DNA of 24,454 nucleotides. Origin: a virus (lineage: Duplodnaviria; Caudoviricetes). Of this stretch, positions 6,890 to 16,318 are shown one piece after another; position 1 is the stretch's first letter, and every line of letters starts with the position of its first letter. The position numbers and the translations under genes were made by a program. The stretch is from IMG/VR virus record IMGVR_UViG_3300028393_000318, positions 1-24,454 of that record; one strand, 5' to 3'. The notes under the pieces were generated by a model. The model ran no database searches and was not told the origin of the DNA. It saw only the letters and a program-made list of their open reading frames with translations.

Positions 6890-7237
6890 TTAAAGTTCTA
6901 AGGGATCAAACCCCAGCTCATCTGATATAACCTTGGTGCGCCGCCTGAATTCAGCGTCATGATGGCTCCATTTAAGAGTTTTCCATCGGGACATGTGAAC
7001 GCACTCATGAATCAAAACACGGATTACTGTTGATAAATGCCCGCATTTCTTATCTGAAATAGTAATGATATGCTCATAGTCTTCCCCATCATCATAGAGA
7101 TATGTTCCCATAGTCTCTGGGTCTGAATCCACAATAAACTTAATCTGCTCTGGCAATGGCATGGGCCACTTGTGAAAGGGCTTCATGCAATAAATTGCAG
7201 AGTAAAGGTTTCTGAGGATGGCTGGTGTTAATTGCAT
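6890..7237 (-). CDS. SprT-like zinc metalloprotease
   Basis: LIHECVH (HExxH) plus HHDAEF. Start ATG 7237 is coupled to the upstream TAA-TAATG. Confidence 0.78.
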   Translation of the reverse strand: MQLTPAILRNLYSAIYCMKPFHKWPMPLPEQIKFIVDSDPETMGTYLYDDGEDYEHIITISDKKCGHLSTVIRVLIHECVHMSRWKTLKWSHHDAEFRRRTKVISDELGFDPLEL

Positions 7238-7239
7238 TA

Positions 7240-8202
7240 TTAAACTTTGTTTATGCACCCGCGGAACTCAAACTCGTCCTCGTCACATACCTGTATTAGC
7301 TCTGGAAGCATTAGTCTACCACGCTCCCATGACAGTAGGGCAAACCCTGATCTCCAGTCTTTTGGGTTATCTTCTGTGTATCCCATGAACTGATTGCCAT
7401 GAGGATCCGCAAGAGTGCCTGTTTGAACGCCATAGCGCGTTCCGTTGTAATCCGTGAAGGGTTGTACTGCCAAATTGTGTGTATGCCCTGTAACCATGTT
7501 TACGCCCGAATTAAGGGTATTGGCTCTACCGGCACCAAAAGAACCTTTCCACCGGTGCTTGATACAGGTATCCTCATTAACCCAATATGACCAGCATGGT
7601 TTCCACAAAGGAAAATGGTCTTTAAGGGTAAACCCTGATACTCCCTCGTACATTCCAGTTTGAGCTGATAGGAAGGTTTCAAAGCGGGCATCATGATTAC
7701 CCATAGTCCAGATTAATTCAGCGCCTTTAGAGGCAGATTCAATCTCTCCCATGAACTCTTTACAAGCCTCTAATTCCTCTTTAACAGTAGGGCTTTTCTC
7801 CCAGCCGATACGGGCATGACGGCTAGCTTGAGAGCCATCAAATACATCTCCATTAGCCACCACTACTTTTGGTTTAAATTCTTTAATAATCATTAGCAAT
7901 GCTTTAAAGGCAGTAGTGTAGTCACCAGGCCAAAAGTGTGCATCTGAGAAGACTACAATACGACCCTTTTCCATTTCAATGCCACGTCGAGCATGACCTG
8001 GTGTCTGTTGTAACTTTTTTAGAGGAGAATTACGGGTGTCATTTAGGGTTGGAAGTTCAATTTTTAGACGACTTTCAATGCTTCGTCTTCTGTTATAAAC
8101 AGATCTAACGCCCATTTTATGGGTCTTAGCAAATATCTCTGGGCTTCCAATCTTATGCCACTCTTCAATAAACTGATCGTCAGTTAAGTAATAACCTTGC
8201 AT
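7240..8202 (-). CDS. Calcineurin-like metallophosphoesterase with N-terminal extension (possible HTH)
   Basis: All five motifs present: SDAH, NGDVFD, GNHD, KH and GHTH. TAAGGA RBS. Confidence 0.9.
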   Translation of the reverse strand: MQGYYLTDDQFIEEWHKIGSPEIFAKTHKMGVRSVYNRRRSIESRLKIELPTLNDTRNSPLKKLQQTPGHARRGIEMEKGRIVVFSDAHFWPGDYTTAFKALLMIIKEFKPKVVVANGDVFDGSQASRHARIGWEKSPTVKEELEACKEFMGEIESASKGAELIWTMGNHDARFETFLSAQTGMYEGVSGFTLKDHFPLWKPCWSYWVNEDTCIKHRWKGSFGAGRANTLNSGVNMVTGHTHNLAVQPFTDYNGTRYGVQTGTLADPHGNQFMGYTEDNPKDWRSGFALLSWERGRLMLPELIQVCDEDEFEFRGCINKV

Positions 8203-8205
8203 GTG

Positions 8206-8265
8206 ATTTCCTTATATGTTTTATAAAGCTTTAAGCATATTACATTGATTTTTAAGGAAATTATA
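8206..8265 (-). promoter_or_regulatory. Candidate internal promoter (-10 TATAAT) and anti-SD inverted repeat upstream of the phosphoesterase
   Basis: TATAAT on - strand at 8265-8260. A 9-bp inverted repeat 8206-8214/8253-8261 covers the RBS, and palindrome TAAAGCTTTA lies at 8224-8233. No good -35 seen. Confidence 0.45.
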
Positions 8266-8271
8266 TAGTAT

Positions 8272-8293
8272 TAGGGAAAGTCCCTATTTTTTT
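8272..8293 (+). terminator. Small hairpin TAGGGA-AAG-TCCCTA + T7, possible weak intrinsic terminator
   Basis: 6-bp stem overlapping the stop codon of the 1980-aa gene. The T-run is also the antisense of its terminal Lys codons. Confidence 0.3.
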
Positions 8294-11200
8294 ATAGACT
8301 TTCTCATTTCTTCCACTTGGCGAGTCATATCAGACATTAATATTTTTAAGCGATTCATTTCTGCCCGCTTATCCTCTGGATCAATATCTTTACTCTGCTC
8401 AATCATGCGAGATTGTTTACGCAATGCAGCCAATTGTTTTGAAGTTTGATCGTACATTTTGGCAACCATAATATCGTCACCTTTATCTTCATAAATTCGC
8501 TGTACTTTCTCGCTATCACCAAGCTCTGCGTAATGACGCATATCTGCCATAGCTGATTGAATGCGGGCATTGTTGGTATAGAACTGGGTCATATACTTAG
8601 ATTGGGTTTGTGGCTCTGTCTTAATAAACCCAAGACCAACAGTATCAATAATAGGCTTGCGTACTTTTGTACCCTCAGTAAATGGCTCTACCGCTAAGTC
8701 TGCTGTAGATGCGGCAGTAGCACCTAACCATCCAAGATAAGCTTTAAGTGCATAGTCAACTTGAATTGGAGATACGCCTTCTGCCTGGGGATTAAATGTC
8801 AGGATCTGAGCCGCAACCTCAGAAATACCGCCAAGGGCAATTGCTAGTCCGCTGGTATTACTATTAATACGCTCTTGCTTGGATAGGTTTTCCATGCCAC
8901 CAGACTCAATAGGAGCACCAGTAAAGCTATCTTTATTAGCATACAAATCAATTAATGGTTTAACCATTTGTGGCATAGGATTTAAAGAGAATGTATCTGC
9001 CAGCATAGAGTGAAAGCGTTGTGCAAATACTTTACCCTCTACGGAATCGTCCGCAATCTGCTCATAAGTGCGCTCAGCAATAGTGCCCAAAGCACCAATT
9101 TCAAATGGCTTAGGAATACGGAATTGAACATCATCTATTTTGAACCACCAGAAATTATCACGATCCCAGTCTTCACGGCGCTGGAAGTCTTCATCATCCT
9201 TATACATTCCATACAAAGCAACGCTAGCCAACATAACAGCACTAGAAATAGTCATAAAGCGTTGTGCTTTTTGTCTATCATTTAGGTCTGTAACTGGATC
9301 TCCAGTTGTTGCATTGCATAGAACCCTATAAGTAGGAGTTACTCCATCCTTACCAAGTTTGTATAGACCCTGTAAGCGGGCGTTAAAAAACGGAACCACT
9401 GACCCTAAGACCTTAATGGTACGGAATTGACCTTGCATAGAGAAATCCATAAGGTCTCGAGCTGCAAAAGACGCTTCTAAATGGCTCTTACCGCTGTCAA
9501 TTAATTTTTGGTACAACGCTAAACGGTTGGCATTCTCAAACTTGTTTCCTAGCTCATTGTATTTATCTAACAGCCCTTGAAGATTAGCTTTAATCTTAGC
9601 TGGTGTATCTAGGATTTGATTGGCGTTTACGCCTTTGTCAATCAATCGTTTAATTAACTTAGCCTGGTTTCCTTCATGAGCTGTACCCATTTCAAAGATA
9701 CCGCCACCAACTAACGCAGACATAAAGGTAGGGTTATCTTTAGTACCCATCTTCAGACCTTGATATACGTTATCCAAGATATTGTTTCCAAGAGGCGAAA
9801 TAGCGGCTGACTGAATAGAATCACGAACTAAGTTGCGTACTTTATAGGCAGGACTAAGGGTAATCCCGTATCTCAACGCATTAGTAAACCCTTTTGCTAC
9901 ATCTAAGAATGCAGACTTAGGGCCGAGATAACTAATAGTAGAGATAGCATCTACAAGATCTGGATCAGTCAATAGGTAATGCACTGGTTTGCCATTTTCC
10001 ATAACCTTAACGGAACCAGGAGGATACTTGCCATCCATTGGTTTAACTATCTCAGCAGCTTTCATGCTCTCTGCTGCTTTAACTGTAGACACGGCTGCTT
10101 GATTCTTCATGGACGCAGATAGAATATGCGACCAGTTCATCAAGACGTTTTCCATTAGGTCATTAGTCTTTTTGTCTCCACCCTTGAGAGCTTTACTAAA
10201 CTCTTGACCAGTTAACTTAGATGCAGTGCTGACTGACTGCACATCTCCACCTTCCATTTGTTTATAGAATGGAATGTAATAGATGTCATTAGCAAACTTA
10301 TCAAATCCTTCTTGGTCAATAATCCCAGCGTCTAAGGCAACCTTAAGCACAGAACGGTTTAATGCATTCTCTTCCTTCAGGGCTTGCTCGTAGACTGCTT
10401 TTCTTGGCTTTCCATTAAGATCGCCATTAGCTAGCTTATCTCTATCAGCTACCAAGTCTTCGCTAAATGACCGCTTATCTGCTGGCATGCGGGCATCACG
10501 ATTTAAAGCTTTCCAGATCTGATACTGATCTACTTCAGAACCTACTGGTGCAAGAATATCCATAAGACCTTTAGAGCCTTTGACAATATTTAAAGCGCCA
10601 CCATCATTAACTACTTGTCCATGCTCTAGGAGACCTTGTAATGCCCCGTCAATAGACTTAGATAGGCGGGCTTGCATGTAGGACTTTTCATCATACTTTC
10701 TGATAGCCCGAAACTCATCAAATACGCCAGTCATCATGCGGTCAAAGAAACCTGTTTTTAAGTTCTCAAACTTCTCTTTAACAGTAGCTTTCTCTTGAGT
10801 AAACTGCTTGATAATCTTATCAGCGTACTCTTTATCTACATTGTTTAATGAAGATTTAAGCTTCTCTTTAGAGGGAACTTCAGCACGGATGTCTGGATTG
10901 GTAACATCAAATGTACCTTTATTCCCGATAGCAGACTTGACTTGAGTTGGTTCAAATGCTACTGCAACAGAATGACTAAAATTACTATCAACATTTTTTT
11001 TAATTATTAACCCATCATATCCTTCTTTTTTTGCATCTAAAACAACTTTTCCATTATTTTCATCCAATAGGTTTTCTGGTGAAAAATAATCATCATTTTT
11101 TGTAATGTCAATAATTTTTGGATTTTGTAAAGATAAATAAACTGGAACAATATTGGCTCCAGCCTTTACCTCTTTTGTAAATTTAGACTTAGGGTTCCAT

Positions 11201-14200
11201 TCTGAAACAGCATTTGCCATTGAGTCAGAATATATTCCAGCCATTCTTGGTCGGTTTGTAAAATAAAAACCTTTAGAGGTCTCTGGGAAATTTTTGCCAA
11301 TTTTATTTTTATCAAATTGAAAAATGTCTGAATTTGTACCGTGGTACATGACCATTGGACTGCCATCTTCATTAACAGCCTTGCTTTCACCAAACCACTT
11401 TTTGAATGCACTAGTCTCCGTATTAACTAATGCTCTAAAGTCGCCTTTGCCTTCCTTGGTAGGTTTAAGTTCACCAGCCTTAGCTTCACCAAAGATATCG
11501 TCTGCAGTTCTGTATCCTTGTCCACGCAAGAAGTTACCAATACGCTTGAGCACATTAATTGCCTTAGCCATAATTTGTTTGATAGCGCCAGGCTGAGTTG
11601 TCATATCAGCAAACGCATGAGCAATAGCTTCCTCTAATTGAATCTCTGGAGTCTGATTACCATATTTTTCTGGATTAGCAATGTCATACTTTTTCATCCA
11701 AGTAGACTTAGCCTTAGCCTCCAACATAGACCAATCTTTAGCTGAGAAGAATCCTAGGTCTTTCATGGCATGTAAAGTTTCGTGCGTCATTGTGCGAATC
11801 ATATTGTCGCCAGCCAATGACAGGGAAATCATCTTATCAAAGTATGCACCATTGATATCTTCCATCTTGCCATCAACACGGCGTTGCAATGAATCAGCAA
11901 TTCTAAGGCTAACATCTTTCAAACCCATGCTATCTAATGCTTTTCTGATGCCAGCAATAAGCTTGTCCTGATCCGCTATAAACTTATCAGAGTATGGGGT
12001 AGAGACTTCAGCACGGAAACTAGGATTTACTGGCTCTTGATAAGCATATTCTGCAGGGGTTACTGCACCCGCTGGGACTGCACCACCTTCAGGAATAAAT
12101 TCAGGAGGCGCAATTTGCTCTTCTGTTGGGATGGCGGATTTAAGTTGTGCTAGGTATTCTTTACGCTTTTGGATCTCTTCATCACGAGACATGTAAGCTT
12201 GATCCAATGTTTGGAACTTAGCTTTTGCATCTGCAGAGTACGGAGTATCTACGGGTATACCCTCATATACTTGTGCAAACTTATCTAATAGTGCATTGGT
12301 TCCACCATTATCATCGGGATTATAAAACTCTTCATCAGACAAGAACCCTGCTTCACGAGCAATAGCCGCCAAGTCATCTGGGTGATAACCCTTTTCCTTG
12401 CTATTGATAAACATTCCCTTGTTTTTTGACGCAGGAACAGCCATATTTGGATTGGCTCCAGGCTGGATGAACTGTGAATAATAGTAGCTCTGTAGTGGAT
12501 GATCTTGTAAGAACTTCTTGAATGCTGCGCTGTCCTTATTATATTGAACTGATGCAGTTTCATATTCTTTTCGTAGCTTGGAAAGATCTTTTTCCATAGC
12601 TTGAGTTTCTAATGCGTATACATCTAACTCATTAGGGTTGATGACGGCGTTCTTATCAGTCGGCATGACTGTCTTTTTAGTGCCATCTTCTGCTACATAG
12701 TTAACACCGCTACCAGTTTTATTGGGAGCGCCTTCGTAGAACTTAACACCTTCTACTGGGTCATATATAGCAATCGTTTGTGTAGGAGAACGCAATGGTT
12801 CAATTGGGCGTGGAGGCATATATACGCCACCTTGTAATTCGCCCGCTTTAAATGCTTCCTCAGCTTGCTGGCGACGAGCTTGTTGCTCTTTAGTAACCAC
12901 TTCCTTGTGCTGAAAAAACTTCTGCATTGTCGGAGAATTAGCGCGGGCTTCAGCCCATCGAGCTTCATTAATGCGAGCTTGATCTGCTGGATCAGCAAAA
13001 GCTTCGGTAGTTTGTGTAGGCTGTGGAGTAAGAGGCGCAATAGCCTGTGGTGCAAGAGCTTGGTTTAATCCCTGCTGTGACATCTCTGCTACTGGATTTT
13101 GTCTAAACTGATTCTGCTCACTTGGGAAAGAAGTAGATCCATCTGGATGGACAATAATAGGGGTTAACCCGTATGTCGTAGGAGCGGTTACATTAGGATC
13201 ATATCCAAGTGCTTTAGGCTCATTTGCTGTTTCAATCTCAATTTGTTGAGGCTCACCAGTTTCTTGAGCTTTTTGCTGTGCTAACAAAACCTTTTGGCGG
13301 GCATCTGCTTTATTAGATACACGACCAAGAATACCCAGTGGGCCTAGTAAAGATACATCAAACGCAGTTTCACCATACTCACGCAATGCATCTGCATCAG
13401 TTAGAGATAACCCTGCATTTGCTCTTTCAAGCATTTGCTGTCCTATTTCTGTTGGGATCTGCGATGCGGCTCCCATAGCAGTACCTTTAACTGCTGTCCC
13501 CAATCCAAGTTGTTTAATGCTTGGTAGGAATGTCTCTCTAGCTAGCTTCTCTGCGGCTGCACCTTCTCCAGCTGTAAGTAAACGCTCAACCGCTGGCCCA
13601 AATACTTTACCAGCAACTTTACCGCCAAGAGGAATAAATGTAGAGGCAACATCTAATGCTGCCATAGGTACGGCATAGGCGGCGGCTTTGCCACGATTAA
13701 TATCTAGCTCTTGACCTTTTTCTTGCTGGGCTTGTGCTTGGCGCTGAATGTTACCGCCATAGGATTGAATTAAAGTGGGCATAGCTACACCAGCAATACC
13801 TCCCAATACCGTACCCACACCTGGTACTACTGATCCCGCTGCAGCCCCTGCTAAACCGCTTGCTACAGTGGATCCAAGGTTGGCTCCCTGCTCTGCAATA
13901 GCTTTAGGGATCTGGCTTACTAACTCTTTTCCAGCACCTAGAATGCCCTTGTCAGCATAAGCTTGTTTAACTCTTTCTAAGCTAGCACCTTCACCATATT
14001 TTGCTTCAATAGCGGCTTGACGTTCTTGAGCTGCTCTAGCGGCTTCTTCTGGAGATCCAGTAAAAGACTCAATAGCAGTTTGCCCGGTTGACTTAAGTTG
14101 TTCCAGCCCTTTTTTAAAAGAGCCAGATATACCTTCTTGCTTTTTTTCTTCCTTAATGTCGTAGTTAAGATCCCAAGGATCTTTAGAAGATTTAGCGTAA

Positions 14201-14226
14201 TCTTCATCCCAAGGATTTTTAGCCAT
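8284..14226 (-). CDS. Large polyvalent / internal virion ejection protein (Gly-rich membrane segments, zincin-like metallopeptidase, ART-like domain, LPD38)
   Basis: 1980 aa. Zincin motif HETLH (11770-11784)...EEAIA. ART-PolyVal-like FKKWFG...MYHGT...GFYFT...A..Y...PVYL..NP...GYDG...F.PTQVKS..GN.GTF. C-terminal LPD38-like RIPKPFEIG...P.I....NK..FTG.PI...SP..VDY...Y.G. Confidence 0.85.
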   Translation of the reverse strand: MAKNPWDEDYAKSSKDPWDLNYDIKEEKKQEGISGSFKKGLEQLKSTGQTAIESFTGSPEEAARAAQERQAAIEAKYGEGASLERVKQAYADKGILGAGKELVSQIPKAIAEQGANLGSTVASGLAGAAAGSVVPGVGTVLGGIAGVAMPTLIQSYGGNIQRQAQAQQEKGQELDINRGKAAAYAVPMAALDVASTFIPLGGKVAGKVFGPAVERLLTAGEGAAAEKLARETFLPSIKQLGLGTAVKGTAMGAASQIPTEIGQQMLERANAGLSLTDADALREYGETAFDVSLLGPLGILGRVSNKADARQKVLLAQQKAQETGEPQQIEIETANEPKALGYDPNVTAPTTYGLTPIIVHPDGSTSFPSEQNQFRQNPVAEMSQQGLNQALAPQAIAPLTPQPTQTTEAFADPADQARINEARWAEARANSPTMQKFFQHKEVVTKEQQARRQQAEEAFKAGELQGGVYMPPRPIEPLRSPTQTIAIYDPVEGVKFYEGAPNKTGSGVNYVAEDGTKKTVMPTDKNAVINPNELDVYALETQAMEKDLSKLRKEYETASVQYNKDSAAFKKFLQDHPLQSYYYSQFIQPGANPNMAVPASKNKGMFINSKEKGYHPDDLAAIAREAGFLSDEEFYNPDDNGGTNALLDKFAQVYEGIPVDTPYSADAKAKFQTLDQAYMSRDEEIQKRKEYLAQLKSAIPTEEQIAPPEFIPEGGAVPAGAVTPAEYAYQEPVNPSFRAEVSTPYSDKFIADQDKLIAGIRKALDSMGLKDVSLRIADSLQRRVDGKMEDINGAYFDKMISLSLAGDNMIRTMTHETLHAMKDLGFFSAKDWSMLEAKAKSTWMKKYDIANPEKYGNQTPEIQLEEAIAHAFADMTTQPGAIKQIMAKAINVLKRIGNFLRGQGYRTADDIFGEAKAGELKPTKEGKGDFRALVNTETSAFKKWFGESKAVNEDGSPMVMYHGTNSDIFQFDKNKIGKNFPETSKGFYFTNRPRMAGIYSDSMANAVSEWNPKSKFTKEVKAGANIVPVYLSLQNPKIIDITKNDDYFSPENLLDENNGKVVLDAKKEGYDGLIIKKNVDSNFSHSVAVAFEPTQVKSAIGNKGTFDVTNPDIRAEVPSKEKLKSSLNNVDKEYADKIIKQFTQEKATVKEKFENLKTGFFDRMMTGVFDEFRAIRKYDEKSYMQARLSKSIDGALQGLLEHGQVVNDGGALNIVKGSKGLMDILAPVGSEVDQYQIWKALNRDARMPADKRSFSEDLVADRDKLANGDLNGKPRKAVYEQALKEENALNRSVLKVALDAGIIDQEGFDKFANDIYYIPFYKQMEGGDVQSVSTASKLTGQEFSKALKGGDKKTNDLMENVLMNWSHILSASMKNQAAVSTVKAAESMKAAEIVKPMDGKYPPGSVKVMENGKPVHYLLTDPDLVDAISTISYLGPKSAFLDVAKGFTNALRYGITLSPAYKVRNLVRDSIQSAAISPLGNNILDNVYQGLKMGTKDNPTFMSALVGGGIFEMGTAHEGNQAKLIKRLIDKGVNANQILDTPAKIKANLQGLLDKYNELGNKFENANRLALYQKLIDSGKSHLEASFAARDLMDFSMQGQFRTIKVLGSVVPFFNARLQGLYKLGKDGVTPTYRVLCNATTGDPVTDLNDRQKAQRFMTISSAVMLASVALYGMYKDDEDFQRREDWDRDNFWWFKIDDVQFRIPKPFEIGALGTIAERTYEQIADDSVEGKVFAQRFHSMLADTFSLNPMPQMVKPLIDLYANKDSFTGAPIESGGMENLSKQERINSNTSGLAIALGGISEVAAQILTFNPQAEGVSPIQVDYALKAYLGWLGATAASTADLAVEPFTEGTKVRKPIIDTVGLGFIKTEPQTQSKYMTQFYTNNARIQSAMADMRHYAELGDSEKVQRIYEDKGDDIMVAKMYDQTSKQLAALRKQSRMIEQSKDIDPEDKRAEMNRLKILMSDMTRQVEEMRKSIKK
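10877..12017. repeat. 13-bp direct repeat ACTTCAGCACGGA (encodes xRAEV) at 10877-10889 and 12005-12017
   Basis: Exact match by eye. A degenerate DFRALV copy lies at ~11426-11442. Confidence 0.75.
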
Positions 14227-16316
14227 TAGATTTTTTCCCAGTTATTCTTATCGTTAGGGTTTCCGCCTTTAAATTTATATCCACCTTTTGTGGTTCCAAT
14301 TGCAGGAGCGCCTGGATAAACTTGAGGAGTAGATGTTGGTATGTTGGCAGACCTTGGATACGCTTCTTGCTTCAATGATATCATTTCTGGGCTATTTAAT
14401 AGGTTATACAACTCTTGCTCATAAGCTGGAATTTTTGCTCCAAAAGCTATATTTGGATACTTTTTAAGCAACCCAGCTCTTATGTTTTCTGCAGCTCTAT
14501 TATAATCATCACGAGCTAAACCAATTTGTCTTTGTGCAAATTCATCGCCACGCTGTCCTTGCTCAGATTGCCTTTGGCCGAGCATAGCAAGATTATGTTG
14601 TCTTTGTTCTGCAAGAGAGGCGGCTGAAGCTTCAGATGCAGATTTGTATTTAGCTAAACCTAGCTCTCCAGACATTAGATCACGCTCTTGCTCACGAATT
14701 CCTTTTAGACCTTGTGCATAAGCTTGTGTACCCTGCATAGCGCCTTGACCAATGTTAGCCATAGCATATGGAGATGTACCGCCAAGCATGCCAAGACCAG
14801 CTTGTAGGATAGCCAAAGCCTTATTTTCAGCTTTAGCTTCTTTAGATTCCGCTCTTCCAGCCTCAATACTCTTTCTTAGCATATCAAAGTAATCTTCTTG
14901 TGCAGATTTCTTTTGATCTGAAGACATGTTGTCGCTAAGTATTGGAGCATTAGGGATTGACGCTCTAGATGGATTTGGATTCAAACTGTAAGGAGATTTA
15001 GTTGATGCTGGCGCTGCTACCATTGGGGCATCAGATTTTGCAGGAACAGTTTTTGCTGGCTCTGCTTTGGGCTCAACTTTAGGTGCGCTAGTATCAGTCA
15101 TGCTGACATTCTTGCGAGCATTGCTAGCTGCATTAAAATCAGCGGCTTGTTTCTCTACTGGCGTTTGACCCCATTTGCGAATAGATTCCATAGGATCTAA
15201 AACTAATTTAGTAATAGGATCATAGTTTCGTGGGTCAGTAAAAGCTTTACCTAAATTCTTTACTCCCTCTGATATTGCACGACTGCGTTTTAGGTACGGA
15301 TTATCATAGTCATATTGGTCTGCCATTGATCGATCATCTGCATTGCTAGAATCATCATAGCCTTCCACCAAGCTTTGTTTATCAATGCCACTGTAACCCT
15401 TAACATCGCCACCTTCAGCGTACTTCATATAGCCATGAGTTTCTTTTGGTAAGGACGCTAATCCACGCTCACTAGATAAAGCTTTTCTTACTGCGCCTGG
15501 GCCAGCATTGTAAGCGGCTAAGGCTAGTTGTGGATCTTTGAATGCATCCAATTGTTTCTTTAAATAAGTAGCGCCACCCAAAATGTTTTGATATGGGTCT
15601 GTACGATCTACGCCTAGTTCTTTAGCTGTGGCAGCCATCAATTGCATTGGGCCATAAGCACCCGCTTTAGATTTAGCAGTAGCAGGATCTTTTAAGCCAC
15701 CAGATTCTTTATATAAAGCATGAAGCATTAAGTTGGGATCTAGTCCTACTTGCTGTGCTGCTTTAATAGCGTCTGCTTCATATGGATGTGAGCCTTTTGG
15801 AGTAGCTGGAACTGGTGCTGTAGGTTCGCCCCTAAACTTAGAAACTAAACCACGGATTCCTAACATACCAGAGTCCATTAATTCTCCAAGCTTAGACTTT
15901 GGATACAATCTAGCCATCTCTTCGGCTTCAGACTCTCCGCCATCTAATGCTTCTGTATCATACATACCGCCACCAGCAAAGGCTACGATACCGCCGCCAG
16001 CATACTGTGGCTCACGAGTAGGGATCTGAGCTACGCCAGTTTCTTGCATCTGGGTTGGTAGTTGTGGAATTGGATTTTCTGCTTGAGCATTCTTTTGCAT
16101 GATCTGTTCCATCACGCTATTTTGTTGACCGCCTTGTTGCATAGCTCTCATACGAGCAGTAGCGTCAGCCATCTCAGATTTCTTACTTAGGATTGGGGCT
16201 ACCATCTCTTTGCTGATTTGCCCGTTCTGAGCCATTTGCATAATCAGAGTTTGCGGTAACTTTGCCAAGTCGTCTAACGAGCTGGATTCCTGTTTGATTG
16301 CACTAAGAATACTCAT
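14226..16316 (-). CDS. Internal virion protein with SLT lytic transglycosylase domain
   Basis: KESG (catalytic E), S.AGA.G.MQLM..TA, DP.QNI.GG..YL, ALAAYNAGPG and ET..Y at ~15423-15790. Confidence 0.9.
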   Translation of the reverse strand: MSILSAIKQESSSLDDLAKLPQTLIMQMAQNGQISKEMVAPILSKKSEMADATARMRAMQQGGQQNSVMEQIMQKNAQAENPIPQLPTQMQETGVAQIPTREPQYAGGGIVAFAGGGMYDTEALDGGESEAEEMARLYPKSKLGELMDSGMLGIRGLVSKFRGEPTAPVPATPKGSHPYEADAIKAAQQVGLDPNLMLHALYKESGGLKDPATAKSKAGAYGPMQLMAATAKELGVDRTDPYQNILGGATYLKKQLDAFKDPQLALAAYNAGPGAVRKALSSERGLASLPKETHGYMKYAEGGDVKGYSGIDKQSLVEGYDDSSNADDRSMADQYDYDNPYLKRSRAISEGVKNLGKAFTDPRNYDPITKLVLDPMESIRKWGQTPVEKQAADFNAASNARKNVSMTDTSAPKVEPKAEPAKTVPAKSDAPMVAAPASTKSPYSLNPNPSRASIPNAPILSDNMSSDQKKSAQEDYFDMLRKSIEAGRAESKEAKAENKALAILQAGLGMLGGTSPYAMANIGQGAMQGTQAYAQGLKGIREQERDLMSGELGLAKYKSASEASAASLAEQRQHNLAMLGQRQSEQGQRGDEFAQRQIGLARDDYNRAAENIRAGLLKKYPNIAFGAKIPAYEQELYNLLNSPEMISLKQEAYPRSANIPTSTPQVYPGAPAIGTTKGGYKFKGGNPNDKNNWEKI

Positions 16317-16318
16317 AA

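Noticed and set aside
6573-6893. 106-aa + strand ORF overlapping the Ref-like gene
   Set aside because: The other frame carries the full HNH/Zn motif set; this one has no recognisable features.
9010-16029. Numerous short opposite-strand or alternative-frame ORFs within the large virion genes
   Set aside because: Typical shadow ORFs with no RBS, coupling or motifs.
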